Source: Anaerolineae bacterium
Lineage (GTDB): Bacteria > Chloroflexota > Anaerolineae > Aggregatilineales > Phototrophicaceae
Length of the DNA stretch: 34,081 bases
Direction: 5' to 3'
Assembly: GCA_034428275.1 (NCBI GenBank)
Contig: DAOUIB010000352.1
Coordinates: forward strand, 1 to 34,081
Shown: one piece after another, positions 9,770-18,535 of the stretch
How the letters are laid out: the number at the start of each line of letters is the position of its first letter
How positions within the stretch are numbered: position 1 is the stretch's first letter
Translations under genes and position numbers: made by a program
Notes under the pieces: model-generated
Seen by the model: only the letters and a program-made list of their open reading frames with translations
What the model was told of the DNA's origin: nothing
The model's database searches: none

Positions 9770-11344
9770 GTGAGACGTACGTTGTTGTTCAATATGACCT
9801 TTGTATTGCTGTTGCTGGCCCTGCTGCCTGGCGGTATGGCGCTGGCGCAGGAAGAAAACGTTCTGGTGGTCGCCATTTCCGGCGACATTCCAACCATCGA
9901 CCCGCCGTTTTCCCGCAATCAACTGTCCAACAGTGTAAACCTGAACATCTATGACCAGTTCTTCCGCTATGGCCGGGTTGACACCGGCCTCGGCTACAGC
10001 GTGGCCGACACGGGCACCGTCGAGGGCGCGGCCGTCGAGTCCTGGGAATGGTCGGACGACCTGAGTTCGATCGTGCTCAAGATCCGGGAAGGCACCTTCA
10101 ACAAGAGCGGGCGCGAGGTGACGGCGGACGACTTCATCTACTGGTTCGAGCGCGCCATCGGCACGGCCTCGGGCACCAAGTGGAACGTCGACACCGCCAA
10201 CATCGCTTCCTGGGAGAAGACCGGTTCGCACGAGGTGACGCTGCAGTTCTCGCAGCTAAGCCCCTGGCTCTTCTTCCTCTTCCGCGACCAGTCGCAGGGC
10301 CCGATGGACGCCGTCGAGGCCCAGATGCACGTAGCGGAGGACGACCCCTGGGCGACGCGCTGGCTGGCCAAGAACGACGTCGGCTCCGGCGAGTATTACG
10401 TGGAAAGCTGGGAACCGGGCGTGGCCATGGTGTTGCGCGCCAACCCCGATTACTGGGCCGGCAAGGCCTTCTTCGACCAGGTCGTGTTGCAGGTCGTCCC
10501 CAGTTCGGCGGACCGCGCCCTGCTGCTGCGCGAGGGCGAGGTCGACATCGCCACGGAGCTAAGCACGGATGAACTGGCGGCGCTGGAAGGCGCCGAGGGC
10601 GTGAAGGTGCTTTCGGTGCCGACGCGCAACCAGATGATCATGGGCCTGAACGTGACCGGGGGGCCGCTGGCCAACAAGCTGGTGCGCCAGGCGCTGTCTT
10701 ACGCCGTGCCCTACGACGACATCGTCGCCGGCATCTTCGGCGGCAAGGCCAAGGTGTCCGCCGGGCCTGTCCCTGTGGATGGCAAGCACCATGACGGCTC
10801 GGTCTGGCCCTACAGCTACGATCCGGACAAGGCGCGCGAATTGCTGGCCGAGGCCGGCTATGCCGATGGTTTCGAGTTCACGCTGGAAATCGCTTCCGGC
10901 GTGGCGACCACCGAGCAGATCGCCGTGGTGCTGCAGGCCGCATTCGCTGACGTGGGCGTCACCATGAACATTGAACTGCAGACCTCCGCGGTGTTTGTCG
11001 AACAGGTGGAAACGCTGCAAACGGAGGCCTGGATGCGCGATCTGCTGTGGTACGTGGACGACCCCGGCTACACGGGCGTCGCCACCTTCCGCACGGGCGG
11101 CATCACCAACTGGATGGGTTACAGCAACGCCAGAATCGATGAACTCATCGAGTTGATGAACGGCACGCTGGATGAAGAGTTGAAGGCGGAGTTGGCGAGA
11201 GAGTACCAAAGCATCATCGGCGATGAGGCCCCGCAGCTCTATCTGGCCGACATGCCCTTCGAGATCGCCATGCGCGATGACATCCACGGCTACGTGCAGT
11301 TGCCAGACAACCTGTTCTGGTACTGGCCGCTTTACCGCGAGTAA
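9770..11344 (+). CDS. ABC transporter substrate-binding protein, family 5 (Dpp/Opp/Nik-type)
   Basis: GTG at 9770 is preceded by AAGGAGG. Signal peptide RRTLLFNMTFVLLLLALLPGGMALAQ. About 525 aa, with a composition typical of SBP_bac_5, followed by DppBCDF-type genes. The track start at 9641 overlaps the deacetylase and is rejected. Confidence 0.85.
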   Translation: MRRTLLFNMTFVLLLLALLPGGMALAQEENVLVVAISGDIPTIDPPFSRNQLSNSVNLNIYDQFFRYGRVDTGLGYSVADTGTVEGAAVESWEWSDDLSSIVLKIREGTFNKSGREVTADDFIYWFERAIGTASGTKWNVDTANIASWEKTGSHEVTLQFSQLSPWLFFLFRDQSQGPMDAVEAQMHVAEDDPWATRWLAKNDVGSGEYYVESWEPGVAMVLRANPDYWAGKAFFDQVVLQVVPSSADRALLLREGEVDIATELSTDELAALEGAEGVKVLSVPTRNQMIMGLNVTGGPLANKLVRQALSYAVPYDDIVAGIFGGKAKVSAGPVPVDGKHHDGSVWPYSYDPDKARELLAEAGYADGFEFTLEIASGVATTEQIAVVLQAAFADVGVTMNIELQTSAVFVEQVETLQTEAWMRDLLWYVDDPGYTGVATFRTGGITNWMGYSNARIDELIELMNGTLDEELKAELAREYQSIIGDEAPQLYLADMPFEIAMRDDIHGYVQLPDNLFWYWPLYRE

Positions 11345-11360
11345 TCGCAGGACGGACGGC

Positions 11361-11397
11361 GACGGGGCGCGGCCGCAGGCCGAGCCCCGTCCTTTTC
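11361..11397 (+). terminator. hairpin plus short T-run between the SBP gene and the permease genes (partial terminator or attenuator)
   Basis: 8-bp stem gacggggc (11361-11368) pairing with gccccgtc (11384-11391), followed by cttttcc. This placement is common in ABC operons, where the SBP transcript is more abundant than the permease transcripts. Confidence 0.5.
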
Positions 11398-11438
11398 CAC
11401 CCCAACGATCACACTGAAGACGGCGGCGGGAGCCAACC

Positions 11439-12467
11439 ATGCTCGATTCGATGCGGGAATGGGTGTTTTTCCTGCTCAAACGCTTCGGCGTTTTCCTGAT
11501 CGCGCTCTTCGGCGTGTCCGTCATCACCTTTACCGTGACGCACAAGATTGGCAACCCCGCTTACCTGCTGGTGGGCCACCGTTCCAGCCAGGAGATGCTG
11601 GACAACATCCGGCGCGAAATGGGCCTGGACCGCCCGTTACACGAACAGTACCTGCGCTACGCCAGCAACCTGCTGCAGGGCAACCTGGGAATCTCACGCT
11701 TTAGTTACAATCCCGTGCTGGAGGAAATCGGGCGGCGCCTGCCGGCCACGCTGGAACTCTCCACCTGGGCGCTGGCGATGGGGGTGCTGTGGGCCGTGCC
11801 GGCCGGGGTGCTGGCCGCCATGCGACCACGGGGCCTGCTGGCCCGCTTCGCGGACCTGATGGCGCGCACCGGCGTGTCGATGCCCGGCTTCTGGCTGGGC
11901 CTGCTGCTGATCTTCGTCTTCTTCGCGGAACTGCACTGGTTTCCGGCGCCGCTGGGGCGCATCGCCCGTAGCATCGGCGCGCCGGAGTACGTCACCGGCT
12001 GGTACACCATCGACACCCTGCTGGCCGGCGACCACGAGGCCTTTTTCTCAAGCGTCAGCCACCTGATTCTGCCGGCGCTGACCCTGGCCATCACCACCAG
12101 CCCCAGCACCCTGCAGATCACGCGCAAGCGCATGCAGGAAGTGCTGCAGAGCGACTACATTCGCAGCGCGCGGGCCTTCGGCCTGCCGGCGGGCGTGGTC
12201 TATCGCTACGCCCTGCGCAACACCCTGGGCCCGGTCGTCACCATGATCGCGATGACCTACGGCTACCTCCTGAGCGGCACGGTGCTGGTCGAGGTGGTCT
12301 TCACCTGGCCCGGCCTGGGGCTTTACGCCGTGGACGCCATGAATCACTCCGATTACGAACCGATCATGGGCGTGGTGCTGCTGAGTTCGGGCTTCTACCT
12401 GCTGGTCTACCTCGCCAGCGACGTCTTCAACGCGCTCTTTGATCCGCGCGTGCGGGCGCAATCATGA
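11439..12467 (+). CDS. peptide/oligosaccharide ABC transporter permease, DppB/OppB-like
   Basis: 342-aa polytopic protein. N-terminal LLKRFGVFLIALFGVSVITFTV, typical of the family, and EAA-type loop SDYIRSARAFGLPAGVVYRYALRNTLGPV. Confidence 0.85.
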   Translation: MLDSMREWVFFLLKRFGVFLIALFGVSVITFTVTHKIGNPAYLLVGHRSSQEMLDNIRREMGLDRPLHEQYLRYASNLLQGNLGISRFSYNPVLEEIGRRLPATLELSTWALAMGVLWAVPAGVLAAMRPRGLLARFADLMARTGVSMPGFWLGLLLIFVFFAELHWFPAPLGRIARSIGAPEYVTGWYTIDTLLAGDHEAFFSSVSHLILPALTLAITTSPSTLQITRKRMQEVLQSDYIRSARAFGLPAGVVYRYALRNTLGPVVTMIAMTYGYLLSGTVLVEVVFTWPGLGLYAVDAMNHSDYEPIMGVVLLSSGFYLLVYLASDVFNALFDPRVRAQS

Positions 12468-13336
12468 GTGCCCTGGCCGGCGGACAGGCGATCCCCGAGC
12501 GTCCGTCGCTGCTGCAGCGCATGATGCGCATCAATGGCGCGCTGCGGGTGCGACTGAACCTCGGCCTGCTGGCGCTCATTTGTCTGCTGGGCCTGCTGGC
12601 GCCGCTGCTGCCGCTGCATGACCCGGTCAGACCCAACCCGCTGCATCGCTTCAAGCCGCCCTCGACCGAACATCCCTTCGGCACGGACGGCAATGGCATG
12701 GACGTGCTCTCGCGCACCATCCACGCCATCCGCACCGACTTCGCGCTGGCGATCAGTTCGGTGGCGCTGGGCATCGTCGTCGGGGCGCCGCTGGGCGCGC
12801 TTTCCGGTTACTTCGGCGGCCGGCTGGACAGCGTCATCACGCGCATCACGGAGGTCTTCCAGGGCTTCCCGCAGATCCTCTTCGGCATGGCCGTGCTGGC
12901 CGCCGCCGGCAACACCATGCTCAACCTGGTGCTGATTCTCGCCTTTTACAACGTGCCGGTCTACAGCAAGATGGTGCGCAGCGTCACCTTGCCCCTGCGC
13001 GAGGCCGACTTCGTGCAGGCGGCGCGGGTGGCCGGCAACAGCCCGCTCTCGGTCGTGTTCCGGCACGTCCTGCCCAACGCCCTGGTGCCCGTTTTTTCCC
13101 AGTTGCCGCTGAGTTGCGCCTACGCGGCGCAGATGATCGCCGGGCTGAGCTTCATCGGCCTCGGCGTGGCGATCCCGACGCCGGAATGGGGCTCGATGAT
13201 TCAACTGGGCGCCAACCAGCTGGTCTTCGGCAAGTGGTGGGCCTCGATCTTCCCGGGCCTGGCGCTGTTCATCTCGGTCTGGCTGCTGAACAACGTCAGC
13301 GACCTCTTCGGCTCGCTGGTCGTGCGCCGGGGTTGA
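12464..13336 (+). CDS. peptide/oligosaccharide ABC transporter permease, DppC/OppC-like
   Basis: ATGA start/stop overlap with the upstream permease. EAA-type loop EADFVQAARVAGNSPLSVVFRHVLPNALVPV. Confidence 0.85.
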   Translation: MSALAGGQAIPERPSLLQRMMRINGALRVRLNLGLLALICLLGLLAPLLPLHDPVRPNPLHRFKPPSTEHPFGTDGNGMDVLSRTIHAIRTDFALAISSVALGIVVGAPLGALSGYFGGRLDSVITRITEVFQGFPQILFGMAVLAAAGNTMLNLVLILAFYNVPVYSKMVRSVTLPLREADFVQAARVAGNSPLSVVFRHVLPNALVPVFSQLPLSCAYAAQMIAGLSFIGLGVAIPTPEWGSMIQLGANQLVFGKWWASIFPGLALFISVWLLNNVSDLFGSLVVRRG

Positions 13337-13338
13337 GC

Positions 13339-14304
13339 GTGTCCCTGCTGCAGATTGAGGGCCTGCAACTGCAGTTTCGCGTGGACCGCGAGACGGTCTA
13401 CGCCCTGCGCGGCGTGGACCTCAGCGTCGGGGCGGGCACGCGCACGGCCATCGTCGGCGAGAGCGGCTCGGGCAAGACCGCGCTGACCCTGTCGCTGCTG
13501 CGCCTCCTGCCGCCGAACGCGCAACTGAAGGGCAGCGTGCGCTTCCGCGAGCGCGAACTGACAACGCTGGACGAGGCGGAGCTGCGCCAGGTGCGCGGCG
13601 GGCAGATCGCCATGATCTTCCAGCACGCCCAGGCGGCCCTGAACCCGCTGCTGCCGGTCGGGCGGCAGATCGCGGACGTTTGTCGCCAGCACAGCGACAT
13701 CGGCCGCGCGGAGGCCTGGGAGCGGGCGGTGGAGGTGCTGGCGGCCACCGGCATTCAGCAGGCCGCGGCCCGCGCGCGCGATTACCCGCACCAGTACAGC
13801 GGCGGCATGGCGCAGCGCGCCCTGATCGCCATGGCCCTGGTCTGCGAGCCGCAGCTGCTGATCGCCGACGAGCCCACCAGCGGCCTCGACGTGGCGGTGC
13901 AGCAGCAGGTGCTGGCGCTGGTGGAGCAGGTCGTCGCGCGCCTGGACGCGACCCTCTTGCTGATCACCCACGACCTGGCGGTGGTGGCGGACAGTTGCGA
14001 CCAGATCATCGTCATGTACGCCGGCGAGGTGATGGAGACCGGCGCGACGGCGCAGGTGCTGGAGCGGCCGGCCAACCCCTACACGGCGGCGCTGCTGGCC
14101 TGCTTCGAGCAGACGGACGAGGGGCGCATGCCCTTCATTCCCGGCCGCACGCCGGACATGCGTCAGCCCCTCAGGGGTTGCAGCTTCGCCGGGCGCTGCG
14201 CCATGACCCGCGACATCTGCCACCAACAGCGGCCACAACCTCTGGAGGTCGCGCCGGGCCACTTCTCCGCCTGCCATTTCGCGCAGGAAGTGGTGGAGGC
14301 ATGA
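13339..14304 (+). CDS. ABC transporter ATP-binding protein, DppD/OppD-like
   Basis: Walker A GESGSGKT, signature YSGGMAQR, Walker B LLIADEPTSGLD, and a Cys-containing C-terminal oligopeptide-ABC domain. Start taken as GTG 13339, just after the permease stop; TTG 13333 is an alternative. The track start at 13114 lies inside the upstream gene. Confidence 0.85.
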   Translation: MSLLQIEGLQLQFRVDRETVYALRGVDLSVGAGTRTAIVGESGSGKTALTLSLLRLLPPNAQLKGSVRFRERELTTLDEAELRQVRGGQIAMIFQHAQAALNPLLPVGRQIADVCRQHSDIGRAEAWERAVEVLAATGIQQAAARARDYPHQYSGGMAQRALIAMALVCEPQLLIADEPTSGLDVAVQQQVLALVEQVVARLDATLLLITHDLAVVADSCDQIIVMYAGEVMETGATAQVLERPANPYTAALLACFEQTDEGRMPFIPGRTPDMRQPLRGCSFAGRCAMTRDICHQQRPQPLEVAPGHFSACHFAQEVVEA

Positions 14305-15293
14305 TGGCGGGCGCTGCGGGCGAGGCGCTGCTGCGCATCGAGGAGGCGACGAAGAGCTTCAGTCTGCGTCAGCGCGGCTGGCGACGCCAGCACGTGGTCG
14401 CGCTGGACGGCGTGTCGATGACCCTGCGCCGCGGCGAAACGGTGGGCCTGGTGGGCGAAAGCGGCTCCGGCAAGTCGACTTTGGGCCGCTGCGTGCTGAA
14501 TCTGCTGCGACTTGACGGCGGTCGCATCCTCTACCGCGGGCGCGAGATACAGGCCTTGCCGGAACGCGAGTGGCGTCCGCTGCGGCGTCGCCTGCAGATG
14601 GTCTTCCAGAACCCGGTCAGTTCCTTCAACCCGATGATGACCATCGAGGAGGCCCTGCTGGACGCCCTGCGCCAGGTGCCCGAACTGGACGATTCACGGC
14701 GGCGTCAGCGGGTCGGCGAGTTGCTGGAGCAGGTGCAGCTGGGCGCGCGCTTCGCCGTGCTCTATCCCTACGAGATGAGTGGCGGCCAGTTGCAGCGCGC
14801 GGCCATCGCGCGGGCGCTGGCGCCGGAACCGGACTTCATCTTCCTCGACGAACCGACCACCAACCTCGACATGTCCATTCGCGGCCAGATCATCAACCTG
14901 CTGCTGGACCTGCAGCAACAGGAGGGCGGGCCGGGATTCGTCTTCGTGACGCATGACCTGCGCGTGCTGCGCTACGTGGCCGACCGCATCTACGTCATCA
15001 CCCAGGGACACATCGTCGAATCCGGCAGCCGCGACCAGATCTTTCACGCGCCGCGCCACCCCTGGACGCGGGCCCTGCTGGAGGCGGCCTCGATCGGTCG
15101 CAGGGAGCGACGGCGGGACGCCGGCTCCGGCGTAGATGCGAATATCTCCCTCGAGAGTTCGGCGGCGGGCGGCTGCCGCCTGCTGGCGCGCTGCCCTCAT
15201 GCCCGTGAACGCTGCGCGCGCGAACGGCAGGAGTTGCGCGAGATCGAGCCAGGTCAATACGTGCGCTGCTGGCGCGCAGAAGAGATCGACTGA
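14301..15293 (+). CDS. ABC transporter ATP-binding protein, DppF/OppF-like
   Basis: ATGA overlap with the upstream ATPase stop. Walker A GESGSGKST, signature MSGGQLQR, Walker B FIFLDEPTTNLD, and a Cys-rich C-terminal tail (CRLLARCPHARERC). The track start at 13680 is an out-of-context upstream extension. Confidence 0.85.
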   Translation: MMAGAAGEALLRIEEATKSFSLRQRGWRRQHVVALDGVSMTLRRGETVGLVGESGSGKSTLGRCVLNLLRLDGGRILYRGREIQALPEREWRPLRRRLQMVFQNPVSSFNPMMTIEEALLDALRQVPELDDSRRRQRVGELLEQVQLGARFAVLYPYEMSGGQLQRAAIARALAPEPDFIFLDEPTTNLDMSIRGQIINLLLDLQQQEGGPGFVFVTHDLRVLRYVADRIYVITQGHIVESGSRDQIFHAPRHPWTRALLEAASIGRRERRRDAGSGVDANISLESSAAGGCRLLARCPHARERCARERQELREIEPGQYVRCWRAEEID

Positions 15294-15302
15294 AACGACG
15301 TT

Positions 15303-16640
15303 TTAGTGGCGGCGGCCCCGGCCGTGGCAACGCTTGAACTTGAGGCCGCTGCCACAGGGGCAGGGGTCGTTGCGGCCGGCCCTGGCCAGCTGCTGCTCAA
15401 GGTCCAGTTGCTCGCGCGCCAGAGTCAGCATGACGTTGGCCGGGGGGCGACCGGCCTGCAACTCGGCGGTCATCAACTCCATGGGGCGCCGGACGTGGTT
15501 GAAAAAGTGACGGTAACCGGCGCAGAGGTAATTGAGGCCGGGCTCGCCGTCGGGCGTGTGGATGAAGCGGTTCTTGGGGCAGCCGCCGTTGCAGACGAAA
15601 CGCACCTCGCAGTCGAGGCAGTATTGCGGCAGGCTGTCGCGTTTGTGCTGGCCGAATTCGTATTGCTGCTGCGAACCGACCATGGCTTCCAGCGGCACCG
15701 CGTTGATGTTGCCCAGGCGGTAGTCCGGCTCGACGTAGTGATCGCAGGAGAAGACGTCGCCGTTGTGTTCCATGGCGAGGGCCGCGCCGCAGGTCTCCTC
15801 GAAGATGCAGAGGCCGGGGCGGTTGCCGCTCCAGGCTGCGAGAGCCACGTCGAAGATCTGCACGAAGACGCGCCCCACGTCGTGGCGCACCCACTCATCG
15901 AAGATGTCGCTGAGGAAGCGGCCGTACTGCTCCGCGCCGACCGAGCGGTCCTTCACGCCCTCGCCTTCCTGATAACCGGTGTCGTTGTCGCGCTCCACGA
16001 TCGGAATGAACTGCATGAAATCGACCTTCAGTTCATCGCGGAAGAAGCGGTAGACCTCCAGCGGGCGGTCGGCGTTGGCGGCGTGCACGGTGCAGAGGAT
16101 GTTGAAGTTGACCTGGTTGCGCACCAGCACATCGCGCCCGCGCATGACGCGCGCGAAGGTCGGCTGGCCGCCCTTGTCGACGCGGTAGGCGTCGTGCAGT
16201 TCACGCGGCCCGTCCACGCTGAGGCCGATGAGGAAGTCGTTTTCCTGGAAGAACTGCGCCCAGTCGTCGTCGAGCAGCACGCCGTTGGTCTGGAAGCTGT
16301 TATGAATCTGCATGCCGGGCTTCTTGTGCTTCTGCTGGTAGCTGACGGCCTCGCGGTAGAAGTCGAGGCCCATCAGGGTGGGCTCGCCGCCCTGCCAGGC
16401 GAAGGTCACCTCGGGCACCTGCTGCGCCTCGATGTACTGCCGCGTGTATTCTTCCAGCAGGGTCGGGTTCATGCGGAAGTCGCTGCCGGGGTAGAGGCGT
16501 TCCTTGGAGAGGAAGTAACAGTACTTGCAGTCGAGGTTGCAGATTGCGCCGCTGGGCTTGGTCATCAGGTGGAAGGCGCGCGGCATGGGCCCCGGCTCCA
16601 GCACGGGGATTTCGTCGACGCGGATGGGGGTTACGGACAC
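15303..16640 (-). CDS. anaerobic sulfatase-maturating enzyme (radical SAM / SPASM, AslB/AtsB/ChuR family) with a C-terminal SEC-C motif
   Basis: 445 aa. Radical-SAM cluster motif CNLDCKYCY near the N-terminus. Cys-rich SPASM region (CIFEETCGAA...CDHYV...CLDCEVRFVCNGGCPKNR) and YLCAGYRHFF. C-terminal CPCGSGLKFKRCHG. Confidence 0.9.
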   Translation of the reverse strand: MSVTPIRVDEIPVLEPGPMPRAFHLMTKPSGAICNLDCKYCYFLSKERLYPGSDFRMNPTLLEEYTRQYIEAQQVPEVTFAWQGGEPTLMGLDFYREAVSYQQKHKKPGMQIHNSFQTNGVLLDDDWAQFFQENDFLIGLSVDGPRELHDAYRVDKGGQPTFARVMRGRDVLVRNQVNFNILCTVHAANADRPLEVYRFFRDELKVDFMQFIPIVERDNDTGYQEGEGVKDRSVGAEQYGRFLSDIFDEWVRHDVGRVFVQIFDVALAAWSGNRPGLCIFEETCGAALAMEHNGDVFSCDHYVEPDYRLGNINAVPLEAMVGSQQQYEFGQHKRDSLPQYCLDCEVRFVCNGGCPKNRFIHTPDGEPGLNYLCAGYRHFFNHVRRPMELMTAELQAGRPPANVMLTLAREQLDLEQQLARAGRNDPCPCGSGLKFKRCHGRGRRH

Positions 16641-16720
16641 GGGCTCACCTGCGTGAATGCGATGCCCTGATTATGCCGACTTCGCTGCGCTGCGCAAGCG
16701 CGCCTTGTTCCGCCAGTGAA

Positions 16721-16858
16721 GGCGCTGCCCGCGGCCGGGGAGCCTGGCCGGTCAAAGTGCTGCGCAGGGCGATGCCGGCGCCAAAGCGAGGTCCCGGACG
16801 GCGCTGCCCAAAATCGGGGAGGCTAGCCGGTCAAAATGCTGCGCAGGGCGATGCCGGC
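16721..16858. repeat. imperfect tandem duplication (period 79 bp) spanning the 3' end of the 168-aa membrane gene
   Basis: 16721-16779 and 16800-16858 align without gaps at 51/59 positions by hand count (40/43 over the last 43 bp). The second copy contains the stop codon and last codons of ORF 16823..17329. In the first copy the stop position reads CAG. Confidence 0.7.
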
Positions 16859-17329
16859 CAGCAGGGCGAAGCCCCAGATGTAACTGCCCATGGCCGGGCG
16901 TTTGCGCGCGGTCATCTCCACGAACATGAAGAAGGGCAGGGCCAGCACCGTCGCCATGCCGTAGATGATATGGACGTCCTGCGCCGGGCGCAGGCCGCTG
17001 GCATACAGCGGCAGACCCAGCAGCGCCTGCAGCAGCATCGTGCCGAAGACCAGCATGGTCGCGGCGCGAAACAGCGGCGTGACGTCGCCCTTGCTCAGGA
17101 TGCCGACGCGGAGGGCCTGGGCCGTCATCAGCAGGGCGACGACCAGGCCGGCGCGACCCAGCTGGTCATGCAGGGCGCGCAGTTGGTGCAGGGGTGTGAG
17201 CGAGGCGTTGCCGGCCAGCACCAGGGCGCAGAAGAGCAACACGAGGGCCGCGAAGGCGAGGAGAAGCCGGCGATCGCGCCGCGTCAGGGCCTGGCGCCAA
17301 CCCCGAAGGGGGTGCGGTCGCTGCTTCAC
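16823..17329 (-). CDS. uncharacterised integral membrane protein (about 5 TM)
   Basis: 168-aa ORF. Its GTG start overlaps the upstream stop (GTGA). About five hydrophobic segments and an Arg-rich N-terminus. I recognise no family motif. Confidence 0.6.
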   Translation of the reverse strand: MKQRPHPLRGWRQALTRRDRRLLLAFAALVLLFCALVLAGNASLTPLHQLRALHDQLGRAGLVVALLMTAQALRVGILSKGDVTPLFRAATMLVFGTMLLQALLGLPLYASGLRPAQDVHIIYGMATVLALPFFMFVEMTARKRPAMGSYIWGFALLAGIALRSILTG

Positions 17330-18027
17330 GGCTCCTGCGGCGCCGGTCGGGTGGCCAGCAGGAAACCGGCGAAGATCAGGATGACGCCGGCCAGCTCCGC
17401 CATGTATTTCCAGGACGGGTCGCCGAGGCGAATCAGGGTGCCGCCGAGGGCCGGCAAGAGGCCGCCGACGGCGATCAGCCAGTTGCCGTAGACGCGCTCG
17501 CGCATGATCTGTTTGCGGCGGAAGAGCCGGGCGGACCAGATGGCGCCGCCGACGAGGGCGACCGTGCCCCAGGTATTCATCACCGGCGAGAAGAAACGCA
17601 GGGTGCCGCTCCCGGCGGGCATGATGTCACGAAAAATCAGGGTAAGGTCGGTGTTCGGCCGCCAGGCGCCGCTGTCGAAGGGCGTGAACCACAGGGCCCA
17701 GGGCAGGGTCATGACGGCCACCAGCAGCAGGGCCATCTGCAGGTTGCGCGCGATGTTGCCGCGACGGACCAGCAGGTAGACCGTGCCCTGACCCAGCCAG
17801 GCCGCCACCATCAGGGCGCCGCACCAGTACCACAGGGCGAAGAAGGTCGGGCTCCACTGCTGCGTCAGCACCACCTGGCTGAGCGCGCCCGTGAAGTACA
17901 TCAGCATGCCGATGCCCCAGGCCAGTTGGTGCGCCCGGCGGCGACCCCGCCAGCGCCACAGGATGGTCAGGGCGAAAACGCCGCTGACCAGGGTCGTCAG
18001 CAGGGAACTGGCGAGGGCCTGGCTCAT
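17326..18027 (-). CDS. uncharacterised integral membrane protein (about 7 TM)
   Basis: 233-aa ORF 24 nt downstream of the PPOX gene. About seven hydrophobic segments with Arg-rich cytoplasmic loops (WRWRGRRR, RLFRRKQIMRER). I recognise no family motif. Confidence 0.65.
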   Translation of the reverse strand: MSQALASSLLTTLVSGVFALTILWRWRGRRRAHQLAWGIGMLMYFTGALSQVVLTQQWSPTFFALWYWCGALMVAAWLGQGTVYLLVRRGNIARNLQMALLLVAVMTLPWALWFTPFDSGAWRPNTDLTLIFRDIMPAGSGTLRFFSPVMNTWGTVALVGGAIWSARLFRRKQIMRERVYGNWLIAVGGLLPALGGTLIRLGDPSWKYMAELAGVILIFAGFLLATRPAPQEP

Positions 18028-18051
18028 GGCCGCCGACCTGGCCCCGGCCGT

Positions 18052-18456
18052 CTATTGCGTGAGCACGCGCCGTGGCGTGATGCGGTAGGTGACGCGCCGC
18101 GAGCGCTCCCTGTCGGCCGCGAAGTCGCCGAAATAGCTTTCGGCGCCGGTGTAGAGCCGCGCCAGTTCGTCGATCAGCGCCTCGTCGTCCTCGTCAATGT
18201 GCGTCACCTCGCCGCGCACCTCGATGTAGCTGTAGGGGTTCTGATGGTCGAGCGCCATCACGGTGACCTTGTTGTTGGCGCGGATGTTCCGGTCCTTGCG
18301 CCGGCCGGGCTGGCTGTTGACGAGGATCTCGTCGCCGTCCAGCTTGCACCAGACCGGCGTGGCCTGGGGCTGTCCGTCGGGCATCATGGTGACGAGGGTC
18401 ACCACGGTGGGGCCGGCCAGCAATTCACGATGGGATTCGGGAATGGTCGTGCTCAT
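18052..18456 (-). CDS. pyridoxamine 5'-phosphate oxidase-family (PPOX class, possibly F420/FMN-binding) split-barrel protein
   Basis: 134 aa. AAGGAG lies 6 nt upstream of the ATG. The N-terminal pattern HRELLAGPTVVTLVTMMPDGQPQATPVW...GDEILVNSQPGRRKDRNIRANNKVTV is typical of PPOX-class small proteins. Confidence 0.8.
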   Translation of the reverse strand: MSTTIPESHRELLAGPTVVTLVTMMPDGQPQATPVWCKLDGDEILVNSQPGRRKDRNIRANNKVTVMALDHQNPYSYIEVRGEVTHIDEDDEALIDELARLYTGAESYFGDFAADRERSRRVTYRITPRRVLTQ

Positions 18457-18535
18457 GGTTGGCTCCTTTGCTTCGGGAAGGGTCGCAGGCGCGGGCGCGC
18501 AGGACGCTCTGGCCAGGGCGGACTCTCATCGCTTC

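Noticed and set aside
15306-16670. 454-aa plus-strand ORF covering the whole maturase gene.
   Set aside because: It is antisense to an ORF carrying the CxxxCxxC radical-SAM and SPASM Cys motifs. Its own translation is low-complexity (A/V/G/E-rich) with no motifs.
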